35,737 nt of DNA, taken from Bdellovibrionales bacterium (lineage in GTDB: Bacteria > Bdellovibrionota > Bdellovibrionia > Bdellovibrionales > UBA1609). This document shows, in pieces, positions 17,036 through 26,014 of the stretch (position 1 is the first letter of the stretch; each line of letters opens with the position of its first letter). The position numbers and the translations under genes were made by a program. The notes beneath the pieces were generated by a model that was not told the DNA's origin, made no database searches, and saw only the letters and a program-made list of their open reading frames with translations. The DNA lies in assembly GCA_041690295.1 (NCBI GenBank), contig JAWLHR010000026.1, forward strand, positions 1 through 35,737. The letters run 5' to 3'.

Positions 17036-18808
17036 TCAGTTTTTGCCCAAGTAAGTGATTTTCTCAGCCAGAATGTGATCGGTTTTTATAAAAATATTTT
17101 TCGGGAAAGCGGCGGCCAGAATTCCCAGATCGGAATAAATCCAATCGACCATGCTTTCGTTCTGATCTTCAACGGGGAGACCCCATTTATGCCGAAGGAC
17201 CCGATAAACTTCGATGAAGGCCTCGGCGAAGATATTGCCCTTATGAATCACGTAAGCATCGTTGTAGGTGATCAGGTACTGATGCTTTCCTTTCGTTTCC
17301 AGATTCCATCCGGCCTTTTCGCTGCCGAAAGCATGGACTCCTTCTCGATTGGCACTTTTTCGGATTCCGTTCTGTAAAATTAATTCCGGAGGATCCGAGC
17401 TGAAGTATCTGAGCTTCAATGTCGGATAGTGCTGAATGATCGCCGCATCCAGCATGGCTTTTCTTAAAATCTCGAGCGCCTCCTTAAAAGAAGGCTGGGC
17501 CAGCACATCGGTAATAAGGTTGTCGAAGGAGTTAAAGAGCAGCGGCGGAATCCGAATGGTGTTCAGGCGTAGACCCTTGGTTATTTCCGGCCTATTAATA
17601 TGAACTCTAACGACTTCATTATAGTCCTTGTCGGTTAGCAGATGAATCGATGAATCTTCTCTGGGCGGAGAGGTTTTATCGGGCGACAAATCAATCCATC
17701 GTTTCGCGTGATCGACGAGGCGAAGGATCGCCTTCTCCCTGGATTTGTAATGGGAATCTATTTGCTTGATCGTCTTACTCGTAATCCGCCGCGCGCTCCA
17801 TGGCCAGAAGAAGGCGTAATTCCTGTGATAGTCGTAAACCTTCAGGGATTTCTTTTTAACGTACATGCTGTAGATGGGAACGCCGTCGTCATTTTTGGTC
17901 TTTAGGACCTCAGTGTCATCGCTCAGGTTTTCCATCACATCCTCGATGGCGCGATGGAACATCACGAGATTCACGACGCTGTTATAAAAGCGCATCCGAT
18001 CAATGGCGGACGGGTTGGTCCTCAGCTGTTGAAGAATGTAGTGTGCATCGGTGAGCCACGTCTCCAACTCGCCCACGACGAATCCTTTTTGATATCCGTC
18101 CGGAAGTTCCACATCGCGGTTACTGATCCACGTGTTCAAATACTGGAAGCGGGGCTTTTTAAGATGGGAGATATGCTGAATCTCATGAAGAAGGGTCCTG
18201 GGAGGCTTTTCCAATACGCTGCTCCCGTAGGACAAAAGGAGCAAGGGATTGAGTGAAATGTTCGTTCCCAGGGCGAAGCCGTTAAATTCGGGAGGATCAA
18301 TAATGTGTTTGACGGAGATGAGGAGCTTGGTGCCGAATTTCTCATCAATGGATTTTAGAATTCGGTCAAGGCGAGAATGACCTTGAATCGAGCCAAGAAC
18401 TTCGATCACCAGACCTGAAAGATCCCACCACTTGGATTTAATAAAGATCGCGGTTTTGACACCAAATCGGAGCAAGAGTTCGCTATAAAGAAGAGCGATC
18501 TCCAGGTCCACGATTTCTTTGTCCGTTCGTTGGTCCCTCGACTTGATTAAAATCTCCACTCGCTTGGCGATCCTTTTGGAGTCATACCGTGCGAGCTCCG
18601 GAAACGGGGATTCGAAAATCAGTTTTTCCTGCCTAAGATCCACCGAGCGATCGAGCAGACCAAGGCGGTCAAGGACGCCAAAGCCAGACGGTCCGGTCCC
18701 GGTGAGAAGGTCCGTGCAGTCATCGGATAAAGTGTGACCGCCGGCCGTGAAAGGCACACAAAAAAATAGAAGGCCGAGCAAGAGGCCGACGGGACTACGG
18801 ATGTTCAT
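17036..18808 (-). CDS. Secreted HExxH (zincin-like) protein with a C-terminal extension
   Basis: Signal peptide from ATG 18808, DDCTDLL, TLLHEIQH, GELET; paralogous to 18855-19964. Confidence 0.8.
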   Translation of the reverse strand: MNIRSPVGLLLGLLFFCVPFTAGGHTLSDDCTDLLTGTGPSGFGVLDRLGLLDRSVDLRQEKLIFESPFPELARYDSKRIAKRVEILIKSRDQRTDKEIVDLEIALLYSELLLRFGVKTAIFIKSKWWDLSGLVIEVLGSIQGHSRLDRILKSIDEKFGTKLLISVKHIIDPPEFNGFALGTNISLNPLLLLSYGSSVLEKPPRTLLHEIQHISHLKKPRFQYLNTWISNRDVELPDGYQKGFVVGELETWLTDAHYILQQLRTNPSAIDRMRFYNSVVNLVMFHRAIEDVMENLSDDTEVLKTKNDDGVPIYSMYVKKKSLKVYDYHRNYAFFWPWSARRITSKTIKQIDSHYKSREKAILRLVDHAKRWIDLSPDKTSPPREDSSIHLLTDKDYNEVVRVHINRPEITKGLRLNTIRIPPLLFNSFDNLITDVLAQPSFKEALEILRKAMLDAAIIQHYPTLKLRYFSSDPPELILQNGIRKSANREGVHAFGSEKAGWNLETKGKHQYLITYNDAYVIHKGNIFAEAFIEVYRVLRHKWGLPVEDQNESMVDWIYSDLGILAAAFPKNIFIKTDHILAEKITYLGKN

Positions 18809-18854
18809 AGGATGCGGGCATCCTAGCAGATTTTCCAACCGAATCTCGTGTAAT

Positions 18855-19964
18855 TTATTCTAATTCTCGAAGAGCCTTAAGGCGCTTAATTATGAATTCA
18901 CGCCTTTCCAGATGGCGTTTGAGTTCATTGATCTTTTCCTGAAAGAACCCCCGCAAATTGGCGATGGCAGGCAATTGGCCTCGCTCCACGGAATAGGAAA
19001 TCCACTTCCATTTATGGACCGCCACCAAAACCATGGCCCCATCGGGGTCGGGGACCACCTTAATGTCGAACCCCTTATCCAGGGTGTCCAGCACGTCCAT
19101 CATGGCGGCGTGGAGCCGAATTGAATCATTGATCTTCATCTTCAACATGGTCTGGATATGCTCATCCGGTTCCCGTTGCATCTGCCGCTCATAAAGGTGC
19201 ACGTCGGTGAGGAATGTTTCCAGCTCACCCGCCACGAACCCGTTTACATAGCTTCGCGGAAGGTCGGCCCCCGGATTGTGAATGCCGATGTTCAGATAGG
19301 CGAGCCGGGGGTTTCGTAAATGGGAAACGTGCTGGATTTCGTGAAGAAGCGTAACGGGCGGATTGGTCGTGAAATCCTTAAGGTGATAAAGAACATTTCG
19401 CGGATTGATGGTGACGTCGTTTCCTTCGGTGAGGCCGGTGTAAGCGGGGTTATGGATCAGATTCTTCACCGGGATCAATAACCTGAGGTCGAAGCGCTCC
19501 GACGTGGCCCTTAAGATCCTATCCAATCGCTGATCGCCCTTCGTTGATCCTAGGATCTGAACCACGAGTCCGGATAAGTCGACGCCGTGATTCTGAAACA
19601 TGGCGAGCTTCAATCCGTAACGAAGCAAGAGTTCACTGAACATAACGCCCATTTCAAGAAAAACAACGGGCTGGGTTTCCATCGTGAAGGGAATGGAGCT
19701 TAACTCATCAATCCGTCTTCCCAGATCCAATTTGGATATTTGGGCCAACTCCGGAATCGGAGAGGTTAACACCACTTGCCCATTGAAATTCAGCGAGCGG
19801 GCCAGGCGCTTGAGCACCGGATTGACCGAAGACTCTGGTAAAAAGCGATTGATCAAAAAATCACTGCAGTCAAATTTGGGCGGAATCTTGGACGGCAAGC
19901 CAAGCGCGATCGCCGGGACTGAGAGGATCAAGAAAAACGTGAAGAAGAAACGATTACCGGTCAC
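18855..19964 (-). CDS. Secreted HExxH (zincin-like) protein
   Basis: Signal peptide, FDCSDFL, TLLHEIQH, GELET. Confidence 0.8.
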   Translation of the reverse strand: MTGNRFFFTFFLILSVPAIALGLPSKIPPKFDCSDFLINRFLPESSVNPVLKRLARSLNFNGQVVLTSPIPELAQISKLDLGRRIDELSSIPFTMETQPVVFLEMGVMFSELLLRYGLKLAMFQNHGVDLSGLVVQILGSTKGDQRLDRILRATSERFDLRLLIPVKNLIHNPAYTGLTEGNDVTINPRNVLYHLKDFTTNPPVTLLHEIQHVSHLRNPRLAYLNIGIHNPGADLPRSYVNGFVAGELETFLTDVHLYERQMQREPDEHIQTMLKMKINDSIRLHAAMMDVLDTLDKGFDIKVVPDPDGAMVLVAVHKWKWISYSVERGQLPAIANLRGFFQEKINELKRHLERREFIIKRLKALRELE

Positions 19965-20147
19965 GGAGAATCACTCCCATGGCCCTCACCGAGCACGAGC
20001 GCGCTCATTAAAATGATTCGGCCAAACATTCAGGTAACCCCTCACTTAATGACCAGCCGTTATACCATTTTTGTTTTCATTTCTCCATTGTATTGATTTC
20101 TGAAAGAAGGCGGCGTTTAAGGCCATTAAGTACCGGAAATCCCCGGT

Positions 20148-21320
20148 TTAAAAGCTGACGGCGACCATGGAATTGACAGTCATTCCGGTGCGTGTGGCGG
20201 TGTCCTTGAGGGTTAGACTCCCATCCGCTTCGACTTTAAGGCTAAAGGTCTGACCGGAGCTGTTTGAACAGGCCGTGAGCAAATATCCATCATCAAGCAG
20301 GGGTGCCATTATCTTAGGGGCGCATCCCGCGGGAAAGGAGACGGAATTGGTAAAAGATAAGACGGCTTTGACTCCGCTGGTATCTATTACAAACGACTTA
20401 AGCGCGGCAGGTACTTCACTGAGAAGATACATCCTGTCACCTGCAGTATTGACAGCGATATCTTCAAAGCTCGGCCCTTGCTCGCCGTCCAGATAAGTTT
20501 CAAAAGTCAGATCTCCCGATGTGGAGTCCACGAGAAAACTGTAGATCATATCCCCGTTGATGCCTGGCGCCCCATACAGGCGGGAGGTGGCGGAATTGAA
20601 GGCCATTGCATTGGGCGGCGGGCTGCCATAGGTTTTGTTGCCGTCGATGGGATGGACTTTCCCTGTATTGCTGATTTCGGTGACCATGATGCTGGCGTGG
20701 TCGAAATTTACGTACAAAAAACTTCCCGTTGGATCGGCGATAAAGTTTCGTGCGTAGTCCGTGGCCCCGTAGAGCAGTGAAGTTGAGCCATAGGTCAGGC
20801 TGCCATCCGGTTGGATCTCATAGGCGATAAGCCAATAAAAGGAACTCGCGTCGGCTTCGTAGCTCCACAAAAATCGATTTAGGGGATCGGCGTAAATTTT
20901 TCCGAGTATTGTGACTTCGCGAGGTCCTCGGGAAGCGACGGAAGTCAGCTCTCCCGTCGCGGAGTCAATTTCGAAAGTTTCGATCGTGTTCGATCCGGTG
21001 TTGGCGACAAATAGAAATTTCTTATCGGCGGAGAGAACCATCGCGGTGGGACGGGTTCCGGGATCCAACTCCACGGCCGGATGCTCAGAAAGCGCACCAG
21101 TGGCCGGATCCATTGAGCCGAAATAAATTTTATCCGCGGCCGAATCCACGCGGTAAATGTAAGTCGTCGAAGTGGGTGTGCTTGTAATGGGTGTGGGCGA
21201 GCTTGGAGTCTCATCGGACGGCGGCGGAGAGGACGGAGTCTCGGTATTGGATTCCGACTTCATGGAATCACAAGAAATCAGGCAGACCGCAATTATGCAG
21301 CGAAGGAGATTCGCGCGCAT
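20148..21320 (-). CDS. Lactonase-family beta-propeller lipoprotein
   Basis: Lipobox LISC, Pro/Ser/Thr linker, repeats such as KFLFVANTGSNTI, DPTGSFLYV, DGSLT. Confidence 0.88.
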   Translation of the reverse strand: MRANLLRCIIAVCLISCDSMKSESNTETPSSPPPSDETPSSPTPITSTPTSTTYIYRVDSAADKIYFGSMDPATGALSEHPAVELDPGTRPTAMVLSADKKFLFVANTGSNTIETFEIDSATGELTSVASRGPREVTILGKIYADPLNRFLWSYEADASSFYWLIAYEIQPDGSLTYGSTSLLYGATDYARNFIADPTGSFLYVNFDHASIMVTEISNTGKVHPIDGNKTYGSPPPNAMAFNSATSRLYGAPGINGDMIYSFLVDSTSGDLTFETYLDGEQGPSFEDIAVNTAGDRMYLLSEVPAALKSFVIDTSGVKAVLSFTNSVSFPAGCAPKIMAPLLDDGYLLTACSNSSGQTFSLKVEADGSLTLKDTATRTGMTVNSMVAVSF

Positions 21321-21327
21321 AACTCTA

Positions 21328-21355
21328 TTATCGGACGCCGCACAAAACCCACTAA
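21328..21355 (-). promoter_or_regulatory. sigma28 (FliA)-type promoter
   Basis: Minus strand TTAG-N16-TCCGATAA, ending 7 nt before ATG 21320. Confidence 0.55.
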
Positions 21356-21457
21356 AGACGTGGTCGCAAATAAAGACGCATCTTTCGAGAATTCATGGAA
21401 AATTCGCATCTGAGAACTTGACCCCGAAGGCCCAGCCGGCTCGACTGTTAGCTTGAT

Positions 21458-21497
21458 CAACTAAAATTTTAGTTGCATTCAACTAAAACCTTAGTTC
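21458..21497. promoter_or_regulatory. Tandem palindromic operators for the BlaI-like repressor
   Basis: Perfect palindrome CAACTAAAATTTTAGTTG (21458-21475) and CAACTAAAACCTTAGTTC (21480-21497), 22 bp apart. Confidence 0.8.
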
Positions 21498-21524
21498 ATC
21501 CTTTCAAAAGACGGAGGGGGCAAA

Positions 21525-21926
21525 GTGAGAAAAGCCAGGACAAAGGAAAATGAGAGCAAGCTGCTGACTGAAACAGAGCTGGAGCTGATGACTATATTGT
21601 GGCGGCTCGGAGAAGGATCAGTGGCGGACGTGATGGCGCAACTTCCGCCCGGTCGTGATCTCGCTTACACATCAGTTTCAACCATTTTAAGAATCCTCGA
21701 ACAGAAGGGAGTGCTCCAGACGCGTAAAGAAGGTCGCGGACATATTTACATCCCACGCCTGAAGAAATCGGATTATGAGGCCAAAACCGTAAAGCATGTC
21801 GTGGATCGGGTATTTGATGGCACGCCCGTGGCGCTTATCCGCCAGCTCCTTGATGCCGTTAAGCTCAATGAAGATGATCTCAAAGAACTCAAGCAGCTCA
21901 TCGAGAAGGCCGGGGGCCGCAAGTGA
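21525..21926 (+). CDS. blaI: BlaI/MecI/CopY family repressor
   Basis: LTETELELMTILW, LAYTSVSTILRILEQKG, GRGHIY, VFDG; GGAGG RBS. Confidence 0.93.
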   Translation: MRKARTKENESKLLTETELELMTILWRLGEGSVADVMAQLPPGRDLAYTSVSTILRILEQKGVLQTRKEGRGHIYIPRLKKSDYEAKTVKHVVDRVFDGTPVALIRQLLDAVKLNEDDLKELKQLIEKAGGRK

Positions 21927-23433
21927 ACCTGGTGTCGCTGTTTTCCCTCTATTTGAATTGGTGTTGGCGGGATTGCTTGTCTTGGTGATCGTTCAACCAT
22001 TTTTACCTCAGGCCGAATTTTTTCAACCGCCGGCCAAGGTTTGGTCCGCTCCATCGATCAAAGAATTCGATGCGAATGATGCCGTCGCAAAATCCTACCT
22101 CAGTCTGCCGCTGCCCGCCGGTCACTCAGTTCTGGAAACCAATCACCTTTCACTCGGCTGGTTGGTGTTCGTGGGGCTTTTGATTCTTGTTGGATTACAT
22201 ATCGCCGCTCGGGACCTTCGTTTTTTGTTAAGGATCGTGGCCAACGCTGTTTGCATCAGGCGTATCGGCCGCCTTCGGGTGTATGTCAGTGATCAAATCC
22301 AAGTGCCTTTTTCCTTCTGGCGTCCGGGTCGGGCGTGCGTGGTGATTCCCGAGGCCCTTCTCACTCGACCGAAGGATTTTATAATGGCCTTGGCCCACGA
22401 AGTTCAGCATCATCGCCAAGGAGACACCCGCTGGGTATACGCCCTCCTGGGATTGAAACTGACCTGTTTGATCAATCCCGTTGTTCATCTTTGGAGTCAT
22501 TGGATTTCAGAGCTTCAAGAGTTTGCCTGTGATGAGACACTGGTCGACCAAAGTAAAGTCGAATCCCAGGCCTATGCCCGCTGCCTCGTTGAGGTGGCGC
22601 AATCCGCGATCGCTCAAAAGCGACGGCCCGTGTGCGCGACGGGGCTTACGTTTTTGAACGAACGCAATCTGCTCAAAAGGAGGGTGGAAAAAATGTTCGA
22701 ACGAACTACACAGAAAGTCGGACGGTCGATCAGTTTCTGGACCGTTTTGCTCATCACTTCCATGATGGGAGCCGCAAGTTACGCTTCTAAAGGAATGATT
22801 CAGGATCGCCGGGTGACGATGGAGGAAGCCAAAAGAATGGCCGCGCGCGCCCGCGTGGGTTCCGAATTCCCGATCGTGGTGAATGATCTCGTTCTCAAGC
22901 AACTCAACCGGTATATCGGCACGCCCGAAGGCCGCCAGTTCATGAAGAAAGCCTTGGCGCGAATGCAGAACTATCGAAGTCTCGTGGCGGAGACCCTCGT
23001 TCGCTATGAAGTGCCTTTGGAGTTGATGGCGGTGCCGATCGTCGAGTCGGGTTATCAGATTCTCACCGAGGAGGAAAGCGGAACACCCGCGAGAGCCGCC
23101 GGAGCTTGGCAATTCATCCCCACCACGGCCAGGATCTTCGGTCTTCGTGTGGATGATCGGGTGGATGATCGGGTGGACGAGCGGTTAGATATGCCCCTGA
23201 GTTCCGACGCGGCCGCGAGATACCTGAAGGTCAATCAATTGCGATTCAAGGATTGGCTGCTCTCGGCGCTCTCGTACAACATGGGCGAGCGAAATGTGCA
23301 AAAAGCCATCGAGAAACTTGGAACAAAGGATGTTTGGACTTTGATCCGAAACGGCTACGAAGGCGATAGTGATTACGTCTCGCGCCTCATGGCCGCGATC
23401 ATCATCATGAAAAATCCTGAGTCGGTGAACTGA
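21923..23433 (+). CDS. M56 (BlaR1-type) zinc peptidase fused to an MltD-like SLT lytic transglycosylase; N-terminus apparently frameshifted
   Basis: PFSF, LAHEVQHHRQGD, NPVVH, QEFACDE, YARCL, LKRRV; then PIVESGY, AAGAWQFIPTTAR, DERLD, ALSYNMGE. The coupled GTG at 21923 is out of frame with the main ORF. Confidence 0.88.
23149..23184 (+). repeat. 12-bp in-frame tandem repeat (VDDR-VDDR-VDER)
   Basis: GTGGATGATCGG x2 followed by GTGGACGAGCGG. Confidence 0.9.
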
Positions 23434-23459
23434 GATCGCGCACCGGTGAGGCGGCACTC

Positions 23460-24425
23460 TTAGTGCCGCTCATCCGGTGAGATTTCGATTTCAATGTCTT
23501 GAGGGGAGATTTTAAGACCTTTTTCCCTTAGCGAGCAAAGTAACCCGCCCGGTGTCCACGAGATCAAGTAGTGAAGAACTCTCTTCGACAAACTGCAATT
23601 CATGTTCAAGTCGGTGATCACCGATGAAAAGAGCAGAAAAAATTCGGTGGCGCAGTTTTTTACGACCGTGTGATACATCTCGCCGGCGGAAATTTCCTGG
23701 GTTCGAGTCACGAAGTAATTAAGCATTTCAATCTTTTCCTGGTCGGAAACATCCATCGGGAACTCGGTGATGGCCCGGCCGTCTTTCTTGACCCTGGCCA
23801 CTTTAAACCAGGTGGTGCTCATGCGGCTTTGTAAGGCGTAATGTCTTCGCAAACCCCGAAAGGCCGTGTAGTGGCGGTTTTCCTGACCTTGCACCCGGTG
23901 GGTGCCAAAATCGATCACCACGTCCCGAATCGACTTGGGTGGGTCACTGAGGCCTTCCAGGTTTTGCGGCCAAAACAGGATTTTGTCGGTCTCCGGAAAA
24001 ATCAGCCGCAAAAGCACGTGATCCGTGCCATCGACTTCCTCTTCTTTCACCAGGGTGATGGTCTCGGGGGCCACCTTGGGGATCAGCGCGATCGAAGGAC
24101 CATGACGGGTAATGAAGTTCGCCACGGCCCACTTGTTCTCCACGTTGATGTGAGGAAAAAGTCGCAAGAACTCTTCCGTGGACAAAATTTTCAGTGCTGG
24201 TGCCGGAGTGGCGATAGCAAGCGGGCGGCCTTTAAAGGGGCCCGCCGGCATGGCTCGGTCGGCATCGAACCGAAGCCAACCATTGATGGTCAAAACCTGC
24301 GAGCAATCAAAAGCCCGCTTTTTCTCATGACTTGAAGAAATGGAACCGAAAAATGAAAAAAAGCCAACGCTCAACCAAGCGAAGACCTGCCATATGTTTC
24401 TTGGAAGCATAACGGGCAGGCTCAA
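23460..24425 (-). CDS. Secreted DUF4105-like (Lnb N-terminal type, His/Cys) protein
   Basis: Signal-like N-terminus, FDCSQVL, DHVLLRLIF, YHTVVKNCAT. Start may be ATG 24410. Confidence 0.7.
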   Translation of the reverse strand: MSLPVMLPRNIWQVFAWLSVGFFSFFGSISSSHEKKRAFDCSQVLTINGWLRFDADRAMPAGPFKGRPLAIATPAPALKILSTEEFLRLFPHINVENKWAVANFITRHGPSIALIPKVAPETITLVKEEEVDGTDHVLLRLIFPETDKILFWPQNLEGLSDPPKSIRDVVIDFGTHRVQGQENRHYTAFRGLRRHYALQSRMSTTWFKVARVKKDGRAITEFPMDVSDQEKIEMLNYFVTRTQEISAGEMYHTVVKNCATEFFLLFSSVITDLNMNCSLSKRVLHYLISWTPGGLLCSLREKGLKISPQDIEIEISPDERH

Positions 24426-24461
24426 TACAAATTTTGTGCCCGTACGGAGACTGTGCGAACC

Positions 24462-24875
24462 TTACAAACGCTCAACCAAGGCACGAATGGGTTTCAATTG
24501 GGGCAGGGACGTCGGTGGGATTGGCCAGTGGACTTGAATTTCACCATCCCGCTCAAACTCAATCGGGTCCGCCAGTTCGTCGAACTTGAATCGCAGGCCT
24601 GTAATCGTTCCATCGGCCGCGGCTTCAAATGTAACGGGTGGCATGAACTCAGATTTTATGAGCTTGCCATTGGGCAACACGCGCAGAAATGAATTGTCTT
24701 GAAAATGGGCGATCTCGAAAGACAAGACATAATGGGCAAAGTGAAGTCTTTCTGGATTTTCAGATGGGCTGACGGTGATTTTGCCGTAAGCGGGATGGGA
24801 ATACACGCCGGTGTAGGCCCTCGAATCCAAGAGAGGCGGTACGGGATCGAGCAGCTCAACTGCGGGTGGTTTCAT
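24462..24875 (-). pseudogene. C-terminal DUF3471-like fragment of a serine hydrolase/beta-lactamase-family gene
   Basis: AYTGVYSHPAYGKITV...VTFEAAADGTITGL...PIEFER; no catalytic domain or signal peptide upstream. Confidence 0.65.
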
Positions 24876-25114
24876 CAGCTCACCGTGAGGCCAAAGAAAT
24901 CGCTGAGAAATTTGAGGACTTGGTCTTAAGAAACCTGCGCGCTTCTCTCAAGCGAGGAGAACTGAAGCCGGATTTGGATGCGATTTCGCTGGCTAAATTG
25001 ATTTCCACTTTTGATTTGGGTTTGGTCGTTTACACTTACGATTCAAAAAACAATGCCGATAAAAACCGAATGGTGAGCATTCTCTGTGCGATGCTGAAGG
25101 GGCTTAAGGTTTAA
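24866..25114 (+). pseudogene. C-terminal fragment of a TetR-family regulator
   Basis: ASLKRGELKPDLDAISLAKLI...LGLVV; no HTH domain. Confidence 0.65.
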
Positions 25115-25260
25115 CCTCAACGATCGTATAGCGGCGCGCAGGCCATTTCTCTTTCGGCCGTTTCGGGATCAAAGGGTTTCGTGTAAAACTTCACGGCTCG
25201 ACCCATATCCTTCACACTTTATAACCTCTTTTGTAGGTTATACTTTTTGAGGTGGAGGGA

Positions 25261-25911
25261 TTACTTCTTATTGGCTCTGGATCTCGGAAGCGCGAACTCA
25301 CAAAACCCGTGGGACTCGGTGCGGAATCGGACATCTCCAACGGGCGCGTTAAGAACTCGCGAAATTAATCTCTTTTCCAGTCGGCAAGGGTTGCGGTTGA
25401 TTCTGGCCGCGGCCTCGATCGGGCAGTGGCATTGTTGCAAGCAAAGCTCCGAGCCACGTTTGGTCACACGGGAGCGTGGCATAAAACCTTCTTTTTCAAG
25501 CTCTTCCTTTAAAACCTCAAGCCGTGTTTCAAAGTCCGATTTTCCTTTTTTGGCCAGGCGCTCTTGAATCGCCTCAAAGCGCTTCTCCCAATATTTTTCA
25601 AAAAATTTATCAACCAGTGTTTCATGGCCGGCTTCGATCAAAAATTCGAGCAGTGAACTTAGAATTTCCGCCTCTTTTGAGGGAAACAATCGGTTCGATT
25701 TTGGCGTCAGACGGAAAACCAAACGAGGGCGGCCGCGTCCCAAAGCGAGAAACTTTTTCTCGATCAACCCCCGTTTTTCCAGAGCCAGAAGATTGCGCCG
25801 CGCAGCGGTTTTGGCCACGCCCAGAGCGGACGTCACCTGATCCACCGACAAGGGGCCTCTTCTCTTTAGCTGAGTTAAAATCTTGTCCTGAAGCTCGCTA
25901 AGAAGTTTCAT
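25261..25911 (-). CDS. HTH regulator, SufR/COG2345-like with C-terminal Cys ligands
   Basis: ALGVAKTAARRNLLALE, GRGRPRLVFRLT, FP, CHCP...PC..E...CEF. Confidence 0.88.
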   Translation of the reverse strand: MKLLSELQDKILTQLKRRGPLSVDQVTSALGVAKTAARRNLLALEKRGLIEKKFLALGRGRPRLVFRLTPKSNRLFPSKEAEILSSLLEFLIEAGHETLVDKFFEKYWEKRFEAIQERLAKKGKSDFETRLEVLKEELEKEGFMPRSRVTKRGSELCLQQCHCPIEAAARINRNPCRLEKRLISRVLNAPVGDVRFRTESHGFCEFALPRSRANKK

Positions 25912-25945
25912 TTGGGTCCTTATATCAGACTTCCCTGAATTAAAA

Positions 25946-25959
25946 ACACATATTTGTGT
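25946..25959. promoter_or_regulatory. Candidate operator for the SufR-like regulator
   Basis: ACACA-TATT-TGTGT inverted repeat in the AT-rich divergent intergenic region. Confidence 0.45.
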
Positions 25960-26014
25960 CTAAAATTGTGGGTCCATAGAGGCGGAGTTATGATGGATTC
26001 AATGGGAGGTCCAT

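Noticed and set aside
20045..20130. Inverted repeat CTTAATGACC / GGCCATTAAG as MITE ends
   Set aside because: Only 9/10 bp, no target-site duplication and no other copy in the window.
21796..21922. ORF-track N-terminus of the M56-SLT protein
   Set aside because: Lies inside blaI in another frame; low-complexity translation.
23149..23184. CRISPR-like repeat
   Set aside because: 12-bp units without spacers, in frame within a CDS; no cas genes in the window.
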